DNA of 63,432 nucleotides, filler included, from 5 parts of 5 records of this genome joined end to end with filler, not necessarily neighbours in it, one strand, 5' to 3'; positions 18,654 to 28,411 are shown, counted from the whole stretch's first letter. The notes: generated by a model from the sequence alone, not told the origin. Made by a program: numbers and translations.

Positions 18654-20360
18654 TTAGTCGACAAGAGATACAGTGATAGCATCACCCTCTTTAGTCACTT
18701 TAGCGACTCCCTTGCCTGTTAGGCCTTTCATCGCTACATCCCATTTCTTTCCGCTTAGTCCAGCTTTTCCTTTCAGATCAGCGATAGCCACTGGAGACTC
18801 TGCTTTCAGCAATTCGAAGATGCCTTTTTCTTCTTCAGTCATTTCCACCTGCTTTTTCTCAGGTCTCATCTGAGGGAAGAACAATACCTCCTGAATAGTG
18901 GTATTATTTGTCAACAACATAGTCAAACGATCAATACCAATACCCAAACCTGAGGTTGGAGGCATTCCATATTCCAAGGCACGAAGGAAATCCTCGTCCA
19001 TCGCCATCGCCTCATCGTCACCACGCTCAGCCAATTTCAACTGATCTTCAAAACGCTCACGCTGATCGATAGGATCGTTCAATTCAGTATAGGCATTTGC
19101 GATTTCTTTTCCATTAACAAATAGCTCAAAACGCTCCACCAAACCTGGCTCAGTTCTATGCTTTTTCGCCAAAGGCGTCATCTCAATAGGATAATCCGTG
19201 ATGTAAGTTGGCTGGATCAAATTAGCTTCCACCTTCTCACCGAAGATCTCATCCACCAATTTGCCTTTGCCCATAGTGGCATCGGTCTCAATGCCCATCT
19301 CAGCGCAAACCTTACGAAGACCATCCTCATCCATTTTGCTTACGTCGATACCTGCATATTCCTTAATGGAATCATACATAGTCAATCTTCTGTATGGACC
19401 AGCAAATTCAATTTCATTTTTGCCTACTGTGATTTTGGTTTTGCCGTGAATCTTTTCAGTTACCTGCTCGATTAGCTCTTCCACCATTTCCATCATCCAG
19501 ATGTAGTCTTTGTAGGCCACATAGATTTCCATGGAAGTGAATTCAGGATTGTGCGTGCGGTCCATGCCTTCATTTCTGAACATTTTCCCAAACTCATACA
19601 CCCCATCAAATCCACCTACGATCAATCTCTTCAGGTATAGCTCATTCGCAATTCTCAGGAAAAGTGGCATATCCAGAGTATTGTGATGCGTATCAAATGG
19701 ACGCGCTGCAGCTCCACCATGCACAGCTTGCAGGATTGGGGTCTCTACTTCAAGCCATCCATGATCATCAAAATAGCGACGCATCTGAGTGATAATTCTA
19801 GAGCGAGTAATAAAGGTCTTCTTCACCTCAGGATTCACTGTCAAATCCACATAACGCTGACGGTATCTCATCTCAGGATCAGTAAATCCATCGTGCACAT
19901 TGCCGTCTTCGTCTCTTTTCACCACCGGAAGTGGCTTTACAGATTTAGAAAGCACGGTCAACTCAGTTACGTGAAGAGAAATCTCTCCAGTCTGCGTAGT
20001 AAAAATATAGCCTTTCAGCCCTAAGAAATCACCAATTCCCAGAAGCTTTTTGAAAACTGTATTATATAAGGTCTTGTCTTCGCCTTCGCAAATATCATCG
20101 CGACGAACGTAAAACTGTAATCTGCCAGTAGCGTCTTGGATCTCGCCAAAGGAAGCTGAACCCATGATCCTACGGCTCATCAATCGACCTGCTATTGAAA
20201 TGCTCTTGTAGTCATTCTTGCGATTTTCATAGTTACGATGAATATCCTCGGTGGTGACATTGATCGGAAACGCCTCAGCTGGATAGGGATTGATCCCTAG
20301 CTTCATCAGTTCTTCCCGATCTTTACGTCTTTCTATTTCCTGTTCGCTCAAAAGTTGCAT
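18654..20360 (-). CDS. lysS: lysine--tRNA ligase (class II)
   Basis: OB-fold N-terminus, YRQRYVDL, FRNEG, HNPEFT, YGMPPTSGLGIGIDRL. Confidence 0.97.
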   Translation of the reverse strand: MQLLSEQEIERRKDREELMKLGINPYPAEAFPINVTTEDIHRNYENRKNDYKSISIAGRLMSRRIMGSASFGEIQDATGRLQFYVRRDDICEGEDKTLYNTVFKKLLGIGDFLGLKGYIFTTQTGEISLHVTELTVLSKSVKPLPVVKRDEDGNVHDGFTDPEMRYRQRYVDLTVNPEVKKTFITRSRIITQMRRYFDDHGWLEVETPILQAVHGGAAARPFDTHHNTLDMPLFLRIANELYLKRLIVGGFDGVYEFGKMFRNEGMDRTHNPEFTSMEIYVAYKDYIWMMEMVEELIEQVTEKIHGKTKITVGKNEIEFAGPYRRLTMYDSIKEYAGIDVSKMDEDGLRKVCAEMGIETDATMGKGKLVDEIFGEKVEANLIQPTYITDYPIEMTPLAKKHRTEPGLVERFELFVNGKEIANAYTELNDPIDQRERFEDQLKLAERGDDEAMAMDEDFLRALEYGMPPTSGLGIGIDRLTMLLTNNTTIQEVLFFPQMRPEKKQVEMTEEEKGIFELLKAESPVAIADLKGKAGLSGKKWDVAMKGLTGKGVAKVTKEGDAITVSLVD

Positions 20361-20400
20361 TTGTATTGATTTGAGATTTGTTGTCTATATTATTGTTGGG

Positions 20401-20471
20401 TGTCAGATGACCGATACCCGGTGTTCGTCAGAACCTTGTCACTTTACTTGGCAAACATCGGTCACCCGACA
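20401..20471 (-). repeat. imperfect inverted repeat upstream of lysS
   Basis: TGTCAGATGACCGAT (20401-20415) vs ATCGGTCACCCGACA (20457-20471); both mismatches are G.U pairs on the minus strand. Confidence 0.55.
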
Positions 20472-20487
20472 TCGGACATCTAGCCTT

Positions 20488-21666
20488 TTATTTCTCCTTC
20501 TTCCTTCTCTCCACTTCTTTCTTGATCATCGAAAACTCGCGACTGCTTTGACCAGCTATACTGGAATTCTCAGAAGCTCTACGTATCAGGTAAGGCATTA
20601 CCTTTTCCACAGGTCCATAAGGCACGTATTTCAAAACCCGATAACCTGCATCTGCTAGATTAAAGGAAATATTATCACTCATCCCATAAAGCTGAGCAAA
20701 GAAAACACGGTCAGACTTTTTGTCAATTCCATACTTTTCGATCAGCTCAACTACGAGATGGTTACTTGCTTCATTATGCGATCCACTTACTAAGTATACT
20801 CCATTAGCAATGCAAAACTCCACACCTAGATTATAGTCCGTATCAGTTGCCGATTTGCTAGGTTGAATAGGACTAGGATAGCCCATTTCTTCCGCTCTCT
20901 CTGCCTCTTTCTCCATGTATGCACCACGTACCAACTTAGCTCCTAAAAGAAACCCAAGTTCATCTGCCAAAACTTTAGCTTCCTTCAATCTCCCCTGCAT
21001 GTCGTGGCGATACATCTGATATGTATTGTATACCACACATCTTTCCTTATTGTATTTCTCCATGGCTTCATAGGTCAGCGTGTCGACCACATCTTGAAAC
21101 CATGACTCTTCTGCATCGATCAAGATCTTCAATCCTAAATCATAAGCAGTTTTGCAAAGTAGATCCACTCGGGCTTTACAACGCTCATACGCCTGATATT
21201 CGGCTGGAACGAGAGCCTCACCTGCTTGGATTTTGATCAGAATATGATAATCTCCCAAACCGGTAACCTTAATTACTCCAAAAGGCATATAATCAGTCTT
21301 GGCAGACTCCACCATCGTTTGGCGGATTTCCTCATAGGTTTTATCAAAACTCTCTTCGTCGCCTTTTCCCTCCACGGAGTAGTCCAGGATTGACTCCACT
21401 CCAAATTTGGCAAGACTTTTACAATCTTCGATAGTTTCTGAGATTGTTTCACCCCCACAGAAATGCCCAAACATAGTTTGCTTCATAATACCTTTGATTG
21501 GCAAATGAAGCGCAAAACCGATTTTGGTCAGTGCAATCCCCATATCTGAGACAAATTTATTGTTCAACATGGCAAAGACTAAATGCATTTTCTTCAGTTC
21601 TGCGTCACTTTTTGAGGCAAAGGCAACTTTTAAGTTGTCAAAAGAAATAGTGGGTTTGGCGGGCAT
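20488..21666 (-). CDS. proline dehydrogenase (monofunctional)
   Basis: HFCGGE, IDAEES, KLVRGAY, SHN, QLYGM, YLIRRASEN motifs; likely start ATG 21666. Confidence 0.92.
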   Translation of the reverse strand: MPAKPTISFDNLKVAFASKSDAELKKMHLVFAMLNNKFVSDMGIALTKIGFALHLPIKGIMKQTMFGHFCGGETISETIEDCKSLAKFGVESILDYSVEGKGDEESFDKTYEEIRQTMVESAKTDYMPFGVIKVTGLGDYHILIKIQAGEALVPAEYQAYERCKARVDLLCKTAYDLGLKILIDAEESWFQDVVDTLTYEAMEKYNKERCVVYNTYQMYRHDMQGRLKEAKVLADELGFLLGAKLVRGAYMEKEAERAEEMGYPSPIQPSKSATDTDYNLGVEFCIANGVYLVSGSHNEASNHLVVELIEKYGIDKKSDRVFFAQLYGMSDNISFNLADAGYRVLKYVPYGPVEKVMPYLIRRASENSSIAGQSSREFSMIKKEVERRKKEK

Positions 21667-22052
21667 ATTCCAGAAATAAAGCTGCAAAGATATCAAAAAA
21701 ACTGCTTTTGGGTTGGTTTTGTTGGGATAATTGAACCAGTGAAAAGCGACTGTATTGTAGGCATTAGAGACTGAAGAAAAGCAATTGCTTGTTTCCTTAT
21801 GTGATTCATTGCAAGTAAAAGTAAAATTTTACCCAGACGCTTATTCTTTCTAAAACCAATATCCTTTCTCCTTAAACCCTGCCAGCATTTTTAAATTATT
21901 CCAAAAAATATTTTACAGCTTTAAAGAGAAGTATTTTCATGTAAGCCAAAATATAATTCCGAAAGCACTGAATATTTTGTCAAGATTTAGAAATATTCAA
22001 CAAATCACCTGAATCTTTGCCGATTAAATAATACCTGTGGCAAAAAATTAAT

Positions 22053-22083
22053 TTTGATTTTAAAAATCACCACTTTACATTTG
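22053..22083 (+). promoter_or_regulatory. Bacteroidota housekeeping promoter (-33 TTTG / -7 TAnnTTTG)
   Basis: TTTG at 22053-22056, 19-nt spacer, TACATTTG at 22076-22083. Confidence 0.7.
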
Positions 22084-22087
22084 GCAC

Positions 22088-22177
22088 ATGTTAAACACAG
22101 CAGCGACATATTTTAGCTTCTTTTACTTTTACTTTCGAAGACAAAATCGAATCGGAGTTGTGTATTGCCTTGCCTAA
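22088..22177 (+). CDS. Phe/Tyr-rich attenuator leader peptide MLNTAATYFSFFYFYFRRQNRIGVVYCLA
   Basis: 29-codon ORF with 5 Phe and 3 Tyr in 9 consecutive codons, directly upstream of Phe/Tyr biosynthesis genes. Confidence 0.85.
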   Translation: MLNTAATYFSFFYFYFRRQNRIGVVYCLA

Positions 22178-22232
22178 ACTTAGAAACAAAATATAACACA
22201 TAAAGCCCGATTCGAAAGAGTCGGGCTTTTTT
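22147..22232 (+). promoter_or_regulatory. transcription attenuator (antiterminator plus terminator)
   Basis: Terminator AAAGCCCGATTC-GAAA-GAGTCGGGCTTTTTT (22202-22232); TCGAATCGG (22147-22155) is the exact complement of CCGATTCGA (22207-22215) in the terminator 5' arm. Confidence 0.85.
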
Positions 22233-22247
22233 CATTTAAAGCTCAGT

Positions 22248-23348
22248 ATGATGAAAGAACACAAGCAAATCAAAGACTGGGGCCTAGGACTAACAGGCCC
22301 AACAATTATCGCAGGACCTTGCTCCGCTGAAACTCCAGAACAAATCGAACAGATTTGTATCGAGATGAAGGAAAATAATGTCATCCCTTCTATGTTTCGA
22401 GCAGGAATCTGGAAGCCTAGAACTAGACCAGGAAGCTTCGAAGGCATCGGGGAAGAAGGATTGAAGTGGATGGAGATTGTTCGTCACCACTTGAACATTC
22501 CGATCACGGTAGAAGTGGGAAATGCAGCTCATGCTGAAATCGCCCTTAGAAATAATGTAGACGTGGTTTGGGTAGGCGCTAGAACTACTGTCAACCCATT
22601 TGCAGTTCAGGAAATTGCTGATGCATTGGCAGGTTCTGATATCCCAGTGATGGTGAAAAATCCGATGAACCCTGATCTAGATCTTTGGATGGGGGCTTTG
22701 GAAAGATTCCATGCCGTAGGACTTACTAAGTTAGCTGCGATTCACAGAGGATTCTCTGATGCATACGACAAGAGATTCAGAAACAAACCAAACTGGTCTA
22801 TGCCAATGCACTTGAAGCGCGTTTGGACTGGAATGGAAGTAATCAACGATCCTTCTCACATCGTTGGAAAGAGAGATGGAATTCTTGAAATCTCCCAGAA
22901 GGCAATGAATTTCGGTTTGGATGGTTTGATGATCGAAACTCACCACGATCCGGACAAAGCTTGGTCTGATGCTAAGCAGCAAGTGACTCCAGCACGATTG
23001 AAAGAAATTCTATCTGCTATAGATTTCAAAAAACCAATGGAATCTGAGCAGCCAAGTGAGCGTCTGAACGACTTAAGAAGGGCTGTTGACCACATGGATG
23101 ATCAATTGTTGGATATCCTTCAGGAGAGATTTGCAGTGATCGATCAAATCGGTGCGCATAAAAGAGAGCATCATCTATCCGTATTTCAGTCTGATCGCTG
23201 GAAAGATGTGATGGAGAGCCGTACCCAAAAAGGCGTTGCAAAGAATCTTAGCGAAAAATTCATGAAGGAGTTGCTTTATTGTATTCACGAAGAGTCAGTA
23301 AAGCGTCAAGAAAAGCAGCTACGAGAAGCTGATCCAGTAAAAAAGTAA
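22248..23348 (+). CDS. bifunctional DAHP synthase / chorismate mutase
   Basis: IAGPCSAE, WKPRT, GART, DPSH, GLMIETH motifs plus C-terminal AroQ-type chorismate mutase domain. Confidence 0.92.
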   Translation: MMKEHKQIKDWGLGLTGPTIIAGPCSAETPEQIEQICIEMKENNVIPSMFRAGIWKPRTRPGSFEGIGEEGLKWMEIVRHHLNIPITVEVGNAAHAEIALRNNVDVVWVGARTTVNPFAVQEIADALAGSDIPVMVKNPMNPDLDLWMGALERFHAVGLTKLAAIHRGFSDAYDKRFRNKPNWSMPMHLKRVWTGMEVINDPSHIVGKRDGILEISQKAMNFGLDGLMIETHHDPDKAWSDAKQQVTPARLKEILSAIDFKKPMESEQPSERLNDLRRAVDHMDDQLLDILQERFAVIDQIGAHKREHHLSVFQSDRWKDVMESRTQKGVAKNLSEKFMKELLYCIHEESVKRQEKQLREADPVKK

Positions 23349-23372
23349 ATTCATAATCACTGAGCTTTTAGT

Positions 23373-23405
23373 AAATCTGAGGGGAATATTTCTCCTCAGA
23401 TTTTT
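23373..23405 (+). terminator. intra-operon hairpin with U-tract
   Basis: AAATCTGAGGGGAA / TTCTCCTCAGATTT stem ending in TTTTT. Confidence 0.6.
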
Positions 23406-23439
23406 ACTCTAATTTTAAGTTCAGTAAAATTTCTTCTTC

Positions 23440-24483
23440 GTGAACTCAATTATCTTTTCTGAAAATGCATCTGTCGATTTGACTGCCGTACTCGGTGAGA
23501 TCAAATTTTCAAGTCTTTTTATTCTGACAGATGAAAACACCAAGGAGCATTGCCTACCCTTGGTTGAAGAAGTTTTTCCTTCCAACACCACTTTTTATAC
23601 GATTGATTCTGGTGAAAAAAACAAAACCATCGCTACCTGTATGAATATCTGGGCTGCGATGACCGAAGCGCAGCTTGACAGAAAAGCTCTTTTCATCAAT
23701 ATAGGAGGCGGCGTTTTGGGCGATATGGGTGGCTTTTGCGCCAGCATATACAAAAGAGGAATCCGTTTTATCAACATGCCTACTACCCTACTTTCCCAAG
23801 TAGATGCTAGTGTTGGCGGAAAATTAGGAGTGGATTTCGAAGGATTGAAAAATCACTTGGGCGTATTCAATGAACCAGAAACGGTCATTGTAGCATCCGA
23901 ATTTTTAAAAACTTTACCTCAGCACGAATTAAGATCAGGCTTTGCTGAGATTATCAAGCACGGTTTGATTCGGGATAAAAAATATTTCGAAAGCTTGGAT
24001 TTTGACCACTGGGAAAAATCCTACTGGACTCCCTTGATCCATCATTCTGTGGAGATCAAAAAAGCCGTGGTCAAAGAAGATCCTAAAGAAGCAGGCTTGC
24101 GCAAAATCTTGAATTTTGGGCATACAATAGGACATGCTTTTGAAACGTACTTTTTGGATGGACCTAGACATTTATTACACGGAGAAGCCATAGCAGTTGG
24201 AATGATTTGCGAAGCATGGCTTTCACACAAGAAATTAAACCTTTCGATGGCAGAAGTGGAGCAAATCCAGGCTGCCTTTTTGAAAGTTTATGGCAAAATA
24301 CAAATCCTGGAAACTGACCTGCCTGCGGTCCTTGATTTCTGCCTGCAAGACAAGAAAAATGAAGGCAAAGAACTGATGTTTTCTTTACTACGTTCGATCG
24401 GCGATTGCACTTATAATATTCCAATTACACGGGAAGAAATCCGGGAAGCAATCCATTATTACCAAAATTTACCTCAGACCTAA
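23440..24483 (+). CDS. aroB: 3-dehydroquinate synthase
   Basis: GGGVLGD, PTTLLSQVDASVGGK, LNFGHTIGHA, HGEA motifs. Confidence 0.95.
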   Translation: MNSIIFSENASVDLTAVLGEIKFSSLFILTDENTKEHCLPLVEEVFPSNTTFYTIDSGEKNKTIATCMNIWAAMTEAQLDRKALFINIGGGVLGDMGGFCASIYKRGIRFINMPTTLLSQVDASVGGKLGVDFEGLKNHLGVFNEPETVIVASEFLKTLPQHELRSGFAEIIKHGLIRDKKYFESLDFDHWEKSYWTPLIHHSVEIKKAVVKEDPKEAGLRKILNFGHTIGHAFETYFLDGPRHLLHGEAIAVGMICEAWLSHKKLNLSMAEVEQIQAAFLKVYGKIQILETDLPAVLDFCLQDKKNEGKELMFSLLRSIGDCTYNIPITREEIREAIHYYQNLPQT

Positions 24484-24494
24484 TTACCAATATT

Positions 24495-25736
24495 TTGACT
24501 ACTGAAACCAAGGAAACGATTCATCTGGCTCAGAAAACAGATTTTTCGGCTACACATATCCCACTTCCGTCTTCGAAAAGTGAATCAAATAGAGTTCTTA
24601 TAATTGATGCGCTGACAGAAGGCAAAAACGAACTCAGCAATCTCGCCGAGGCTCGTGATACGCAGACTATGATCTCCTTGCTGGAGAAAAATCCACCAGT
24701 TTTTGATGTCTTGGACGCAGGAACGACAATGCGGTTTTTGACAGCTTATGCTGCCATCACCAATCAAAACAAAGTCATGACTGGAACTCCACGAATGTGT
24801 GAGCGTCCAATCGGGATTTTGGTAGATGCGCTACGAACTTTAGGAGCTGAAATTCATTATTTAGGTGTGGAAGGATACCCACCTATGGCAATTCATGGAC
24901 TTTCTGAGCAGAAGAGGAATCAAGTAAAAATACGAGGGGATGTTTCCAGTCAATACATTTCTGCCATTCTCATGATCGCACCTTTATTGCCTCAAGGCTT
25001 GGAACTCGAATTGGAAGGAAAGGTAGGATCGCGTTCTTACATTGAAATGACCTTGGATTCCATGTCTCAATTTGGGATCAGCTATGAATGGGTAGAAAAT
25101 AAAATATCCGTTGCACATCAAGCATATCAACCAACCACGTTCGCAGTAGAAAGCGACTGGTCAGGCGCTGGATACTGGTTCAGCTTATTAGCCTGTGCTG
25201 ATTCCGGAGAGCTATTTCTTTCTGGCTTGAAAGAAAATAGTCTTCAAGGAGACTCTGCCGTGGTGGAAATCATGGGGCAACTAGGCGTAAAAAGCACTTT
25301 TAAGGATGGTGGCGTCTTATTGGAAAAACAAGCAGTGAAAGGGTTAAGACATTGGGATTTCACACATTGCCCAGACTTAGCGCAAACTATCGCTGTGACA
25401 TGCGCGATTCTAGGACAAAACGCGACGTTCACAGGATTGGAAAGTTTGAAAATCAAAGAGACAGATAGAATCTACGCTTTGCAGCAAGAGCTGGCGAAGT
25501 TCAATGCAGACCTTAAGGAAATCGAACCGGAAGTTTATCAGGTGATTCCTTCAGTGACCATGCCTCCTGAAGTAAAAATACATACTTACGATGACCATAG
25601 GATGGCTATGGCTTTTATGCCTTTGATCACCAAGACGCGCGTAAGTATTGAAGATCCGTCCGTGGTGGATAAATCTTATCCAAGTTTCTGGAAACACTGC
25701 CAGCTTGCAGGAATCTCTATCGTCAGCCAATCATAA
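24495..25736 (+). CDS. aroA: EPSP synthase
   Basis: SKSESNR, AGTTMRF, SSQY, KETDRI, DDHRMAM, KSYP motifs. Confidence 0.95.
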   Translation: MTTETKETIHLAQKTDFSATHIPLPSSKSESNRVLIIDALTEGKNELSNLAEARDTQTMISLLEKNPPVFDVLDAGTTMRFLTAYAAITNQNKVMTGTPRMCERPIGILVDALRTLGAEIHYLGVEGYPPMAIHGLSEQKRNQVKIRGDVSSQYISAILMIAPLLPQGLELELEGKVGSRSYIEMTLDSMSQFGISYEWVENKISVAHQAYQPTTFAVESDWSGAGYWFSLLACADSGELFLSGLKENSLQGDSAVVEIMGQLGVKSTFKDGGVLLEKQAVKGLRHWDFTHCPDLAQTIAVTCAILGQNATFTGLESLKIKETDRIYALQQELAKFNADLKEIEPEVYQVIPSVTMPPEVKIHTYDDHRMAMAFMPLITKTRVSIEDPSVVDKSYPSFWKHCQLAGISIVSQS

Positions 25737-25763
25737 GGAGATTGTAAGCTCTGTAAAATCATT

Positions 25764-26297
25764 GTGGGAAATCATAAAATTTTTGAAACTGAAAGACTTC
25801 TGCTCGTTCCTATATCAGTAGAGGATGCAGAATTCATCTATGAGCTTTTCAACCTGCCCACATTCATAGAAAACATAGGAGAAAGAAATATCAAATCTGT
25901 GGACATGGCAAAGGAGTATATTTTAAATAATATGCTTCCTCAACTGGAAAAACTCGGTTATTCTACTTACACAATTGTCACCAAAAATAATCATATGAAA
26001 GTTGGAACATGTGGCTTGTACGATAGAGGTGGATTAGAAGGCATAGATATTGGGTATGCGCTGTTGACAAAATTTGAAAAAAGAGGATATGCTTTTGAAG
26101 CCGCTGAAAAATTAAAAACACTTGCATTCACTGAATTTGGTCTTGAAAGACTGAGTGCTGTTACTTCGAAAAATAATTTGGTTTCACAAAAGCTATTGGA
26201 AAAACTGGGTTTGACTTTGACTGGAACGACCAAATTACCAACTAGTGAAGAGGAGTTATTTTTGTTTGAAATAAAAAAAGAGTCTTTAGTAAAATGA
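25764..26297 (+). CDS. GNAT (RimJ/RimL-like) acetyltransferase
   Basis: ETERL, DIGYA, RGYAFEA, N..SQKLLEKLG motifs. Confidence 0.85.
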   Translation: MGNHKIFETERLLLVPISVEDAEFIYELFNLPTFIENIGERNIKSVDMAKEYILNNMLPQLEKLGYSTYTIVTKNNHMKVGTCGLYDRGGLEGIDIGYALLTKFEKRGYAFEAAEKLKTLAFTEFGLERLSAVTSKNNLVSQKLLEKLGLTLTGTTKLPTSEEELFLFEIKKESLVK

Positions 26298-27118
26298 ATA
26301 AACTTAAAATAGCCATTCAGGGAGTTCCTGGCTCTTTTCATCATCAAGTTGCTCTGCGCAATTTCGGTGAAGACATAGAAATCCTAGATTTCACCACCTT
26401 CGAACCGGTAGCAAGAGCTGTAGCAAATGGCGATGCAGACTTTGCCGTGATGGCAATTGAGAACTCCATTGCCGGTGCGATTTTGCCAAATTATGATCTA
26501 ATAGATCGCTATGGCCTGAGCATTCGAGACGAATATTACCTTCCTATTGGGCATCAATTTATGGCTCTTCCTGGCCAAACTATTCAGGATATTTCAGAAG
26601 TTCGCTCCCACCCTATGGCTCTTTTGCAGTGCAAGGCCTTTTTTGCGCAGCATCCACATATTTCACTTAAAGAAGATACCGATACGGCTTCTGTAGCAAG
26701 AGATATCGCTGCCGGAAACTGGAAGGGAGTAGCTGCAATTGCTTCGAGTATTGCTGCTGAAATCTATGGAATGGAAATTATTGCGCCGGATATTCAGACG
26801 GTTAAAAGCAATTTTACCCGCTTTATTATCCTTCAAAAAGAATCAGTCGAAGCTGTTGAAGCTGTAAACAAAGCATCAATTAAAGTCACCATTCAAAATC
26901 AAAAAGGTGGGCTGGCAAAATTGCTAACCTTGATTTCTGAGAAAGGAATTGATCTAAGTAAGATCCAGTCGATTCCTGTAATTGAAAAACCTTGGGAATA
27001 TGCATTTTTCATCGATCTGGTTTTTGAAGATCAAACCGTCTTCACTCAGACAATTGAAGAAATTCGAAGTAGCTTTGGTGAAGTGAAAATTTTTGGGGAA
27101 TACCTAAGTAGAAAATAA
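26294..27118 (+). CDS. pheA: prephenate dehydratase
   Basis: IENSIAG, SHPMAL.QC, NFTRF, C-terminal ACT domain (LSKIQSIP). Confidence 0.92.
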   Translation: MNKLKIAIQGVPGSFHHQVALRNFGEDIEILDFTTFEPVARAVANGDADFAVMAIENSIAGAILPNYDLIDRYGLSIRDEYYLPIGHQFMALPGQTIQDISEVRSHPMALLQCKAFFAQHPHISLKEDTDTASVARDIAAGNWKGVAAIASSIAAEIYGMEIIAPDIQTVKSNFTRFIILQKESVEAVEAVNKASIKVTIQNQKGGLAKLLTLISEKGIDLSKIQSIPVIEKPWEYAFFIDLVFEDQTVFTQTIEEIRSSFGEVKIFGEYLSRK

Positions 27119-28263
27119 TGAAGGGCTTTGCAGATCGAGTGAGTAGTGTAGAGGAATATTACTTTTCCTCCAAACTACGTGAGGTGAATCAGATGATTGC
27201 TGATGGAAAACCTATCATTAACCTAGGAATTGGGAGCCCGGATTTGGCTCCTGACAAACTTGTGATAGATGCGCTGAAAAACACAGCTGACAATTCCCAA
27301 GCTCATGGTTACCAAAATTATCAGGGAATCCCACAGCTCAGAACTTCCATTGCCTCCTTTTATTCAAGAGAGTATGGTGTCACCTTGGACCCTAACAAAG
27401 AAATTCTCCCTATGATGGGATCCAAAGAAGGAATCATGCATTTAAGCATGACTTTTTTGAATCCAGGAGATGAGGTATTGATACCAAACCCAGGCTATCC
27501 TACTTATACTTCAGTGAGTAATTTGGTTGGTGCACAACCGAAATATTATGGGATTGACCTGACAAGGGCAGGTAGACCAAATCTGGAAGAGCTGGAAAGT
27601 CAAGACCTTAGTAAGGTAAAAATCATGTGGATAAACTATCCTCATATGCCAACTGGCGCACCTGGAAACAAAGCTATTTTACAGGAGTTGGTAGCTTTTG
27701 CCAAAAAGCATCAAATCGTCTTGCTTCATGACAATCCTTACAGTCACATTTTGACGAAGGAGCCAATCAGTATTTTGTCAATCCCTGAAGCTAAGGATGT
27801 TGCAATGGAATTGAATTCACTAAGTAAGGCTTTCAATATGCCAGGCTGGCGAGTCGGAATGCTTGCAGGTCGGGAAGACTGGATAGCAAAAGTCTTGAAG
27901 GTGAAAAGCAACATGGATTCCGGGATGTTTCTGGGAATTCAGAAAGGAGCAATAGCCGCTTTGAATTTAGGGGAAAGTTGGTTTTCGGATATTGAAAGCA
28001 CTTACCAAAGCCGCAGAAAATTGGTGTGGAAACTTGCAGACAAGCTTAATCTGACCTACGACACCAATGCAGCAGGACTATTCGTCTGGTGCCAAGTGCC
28101 TGAAGGAAAGACGGCAGATCAGGTGGTTGACGAGTTACTTTATGAGAAAAACATATTCATAACTCCCGGAAAAATCTTTGGATCAGCCGGAGAAGGCTAC
28201 GTTCGCTTTTCGCTATGTATGCCTGAGTTCAAGATTTTGGAAGCAATAAACAGGATTAAGTAA
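27118..28263 (+). CDS. PLP-dependent class I/II aminotransferase (probable aromatic amino acid/prephenate aminotransferase)
   Basis: NYPHMPTG, SLSKAFNMPGWRVG PLP-lysine motif; lies within the aro operon. Confidence 0.85.
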   Translation: MKGFADRVSSVEEYYFSSKLREVNQMIADGKPIINLGIGSPDLAPDKLVIDALKNTADNSQAHGYQNYQGIPQLRTSIASFYSREYGVTLDPNKEILPMMGSKEGIMHLSMTFLNPGDEVLIPNPGYPTYTSVSNLVGAQPKYYGIDLTRAGRPNLEELESQDLSKVKIMWINYPHMPTGAPGNKAILQELVAFAKKHQIVLLHDNPYSHILTKEPISILSIPEAKDVAMELNSLSKAFNMPGWRVGMLAGREDWIAKVLKVKSNMDSGMFLGIQKGAIAALNLGESWFSDIESTYQSRRKLVWKLADKLNLTYDTNAAGLFVWCQVPEGKTADQVVDELLYEKNIFITPGKIFGSAGEGYVRFSLCMPEFKILEAINRIK

Positions 28264-28411
28264 TATCTTAACCGCAATTTTATTATTGGCTTAAATTTCT
28301 TTGGTTCATGGGCTGGAAGACCGAAGACAGGAGACCGAAGAGGCCTCAATACCTGAATTAAGCATATAATTAAGCTTTGAGAAAAGCAGAAAAAAATTAA
28401 AAAATAGACAC

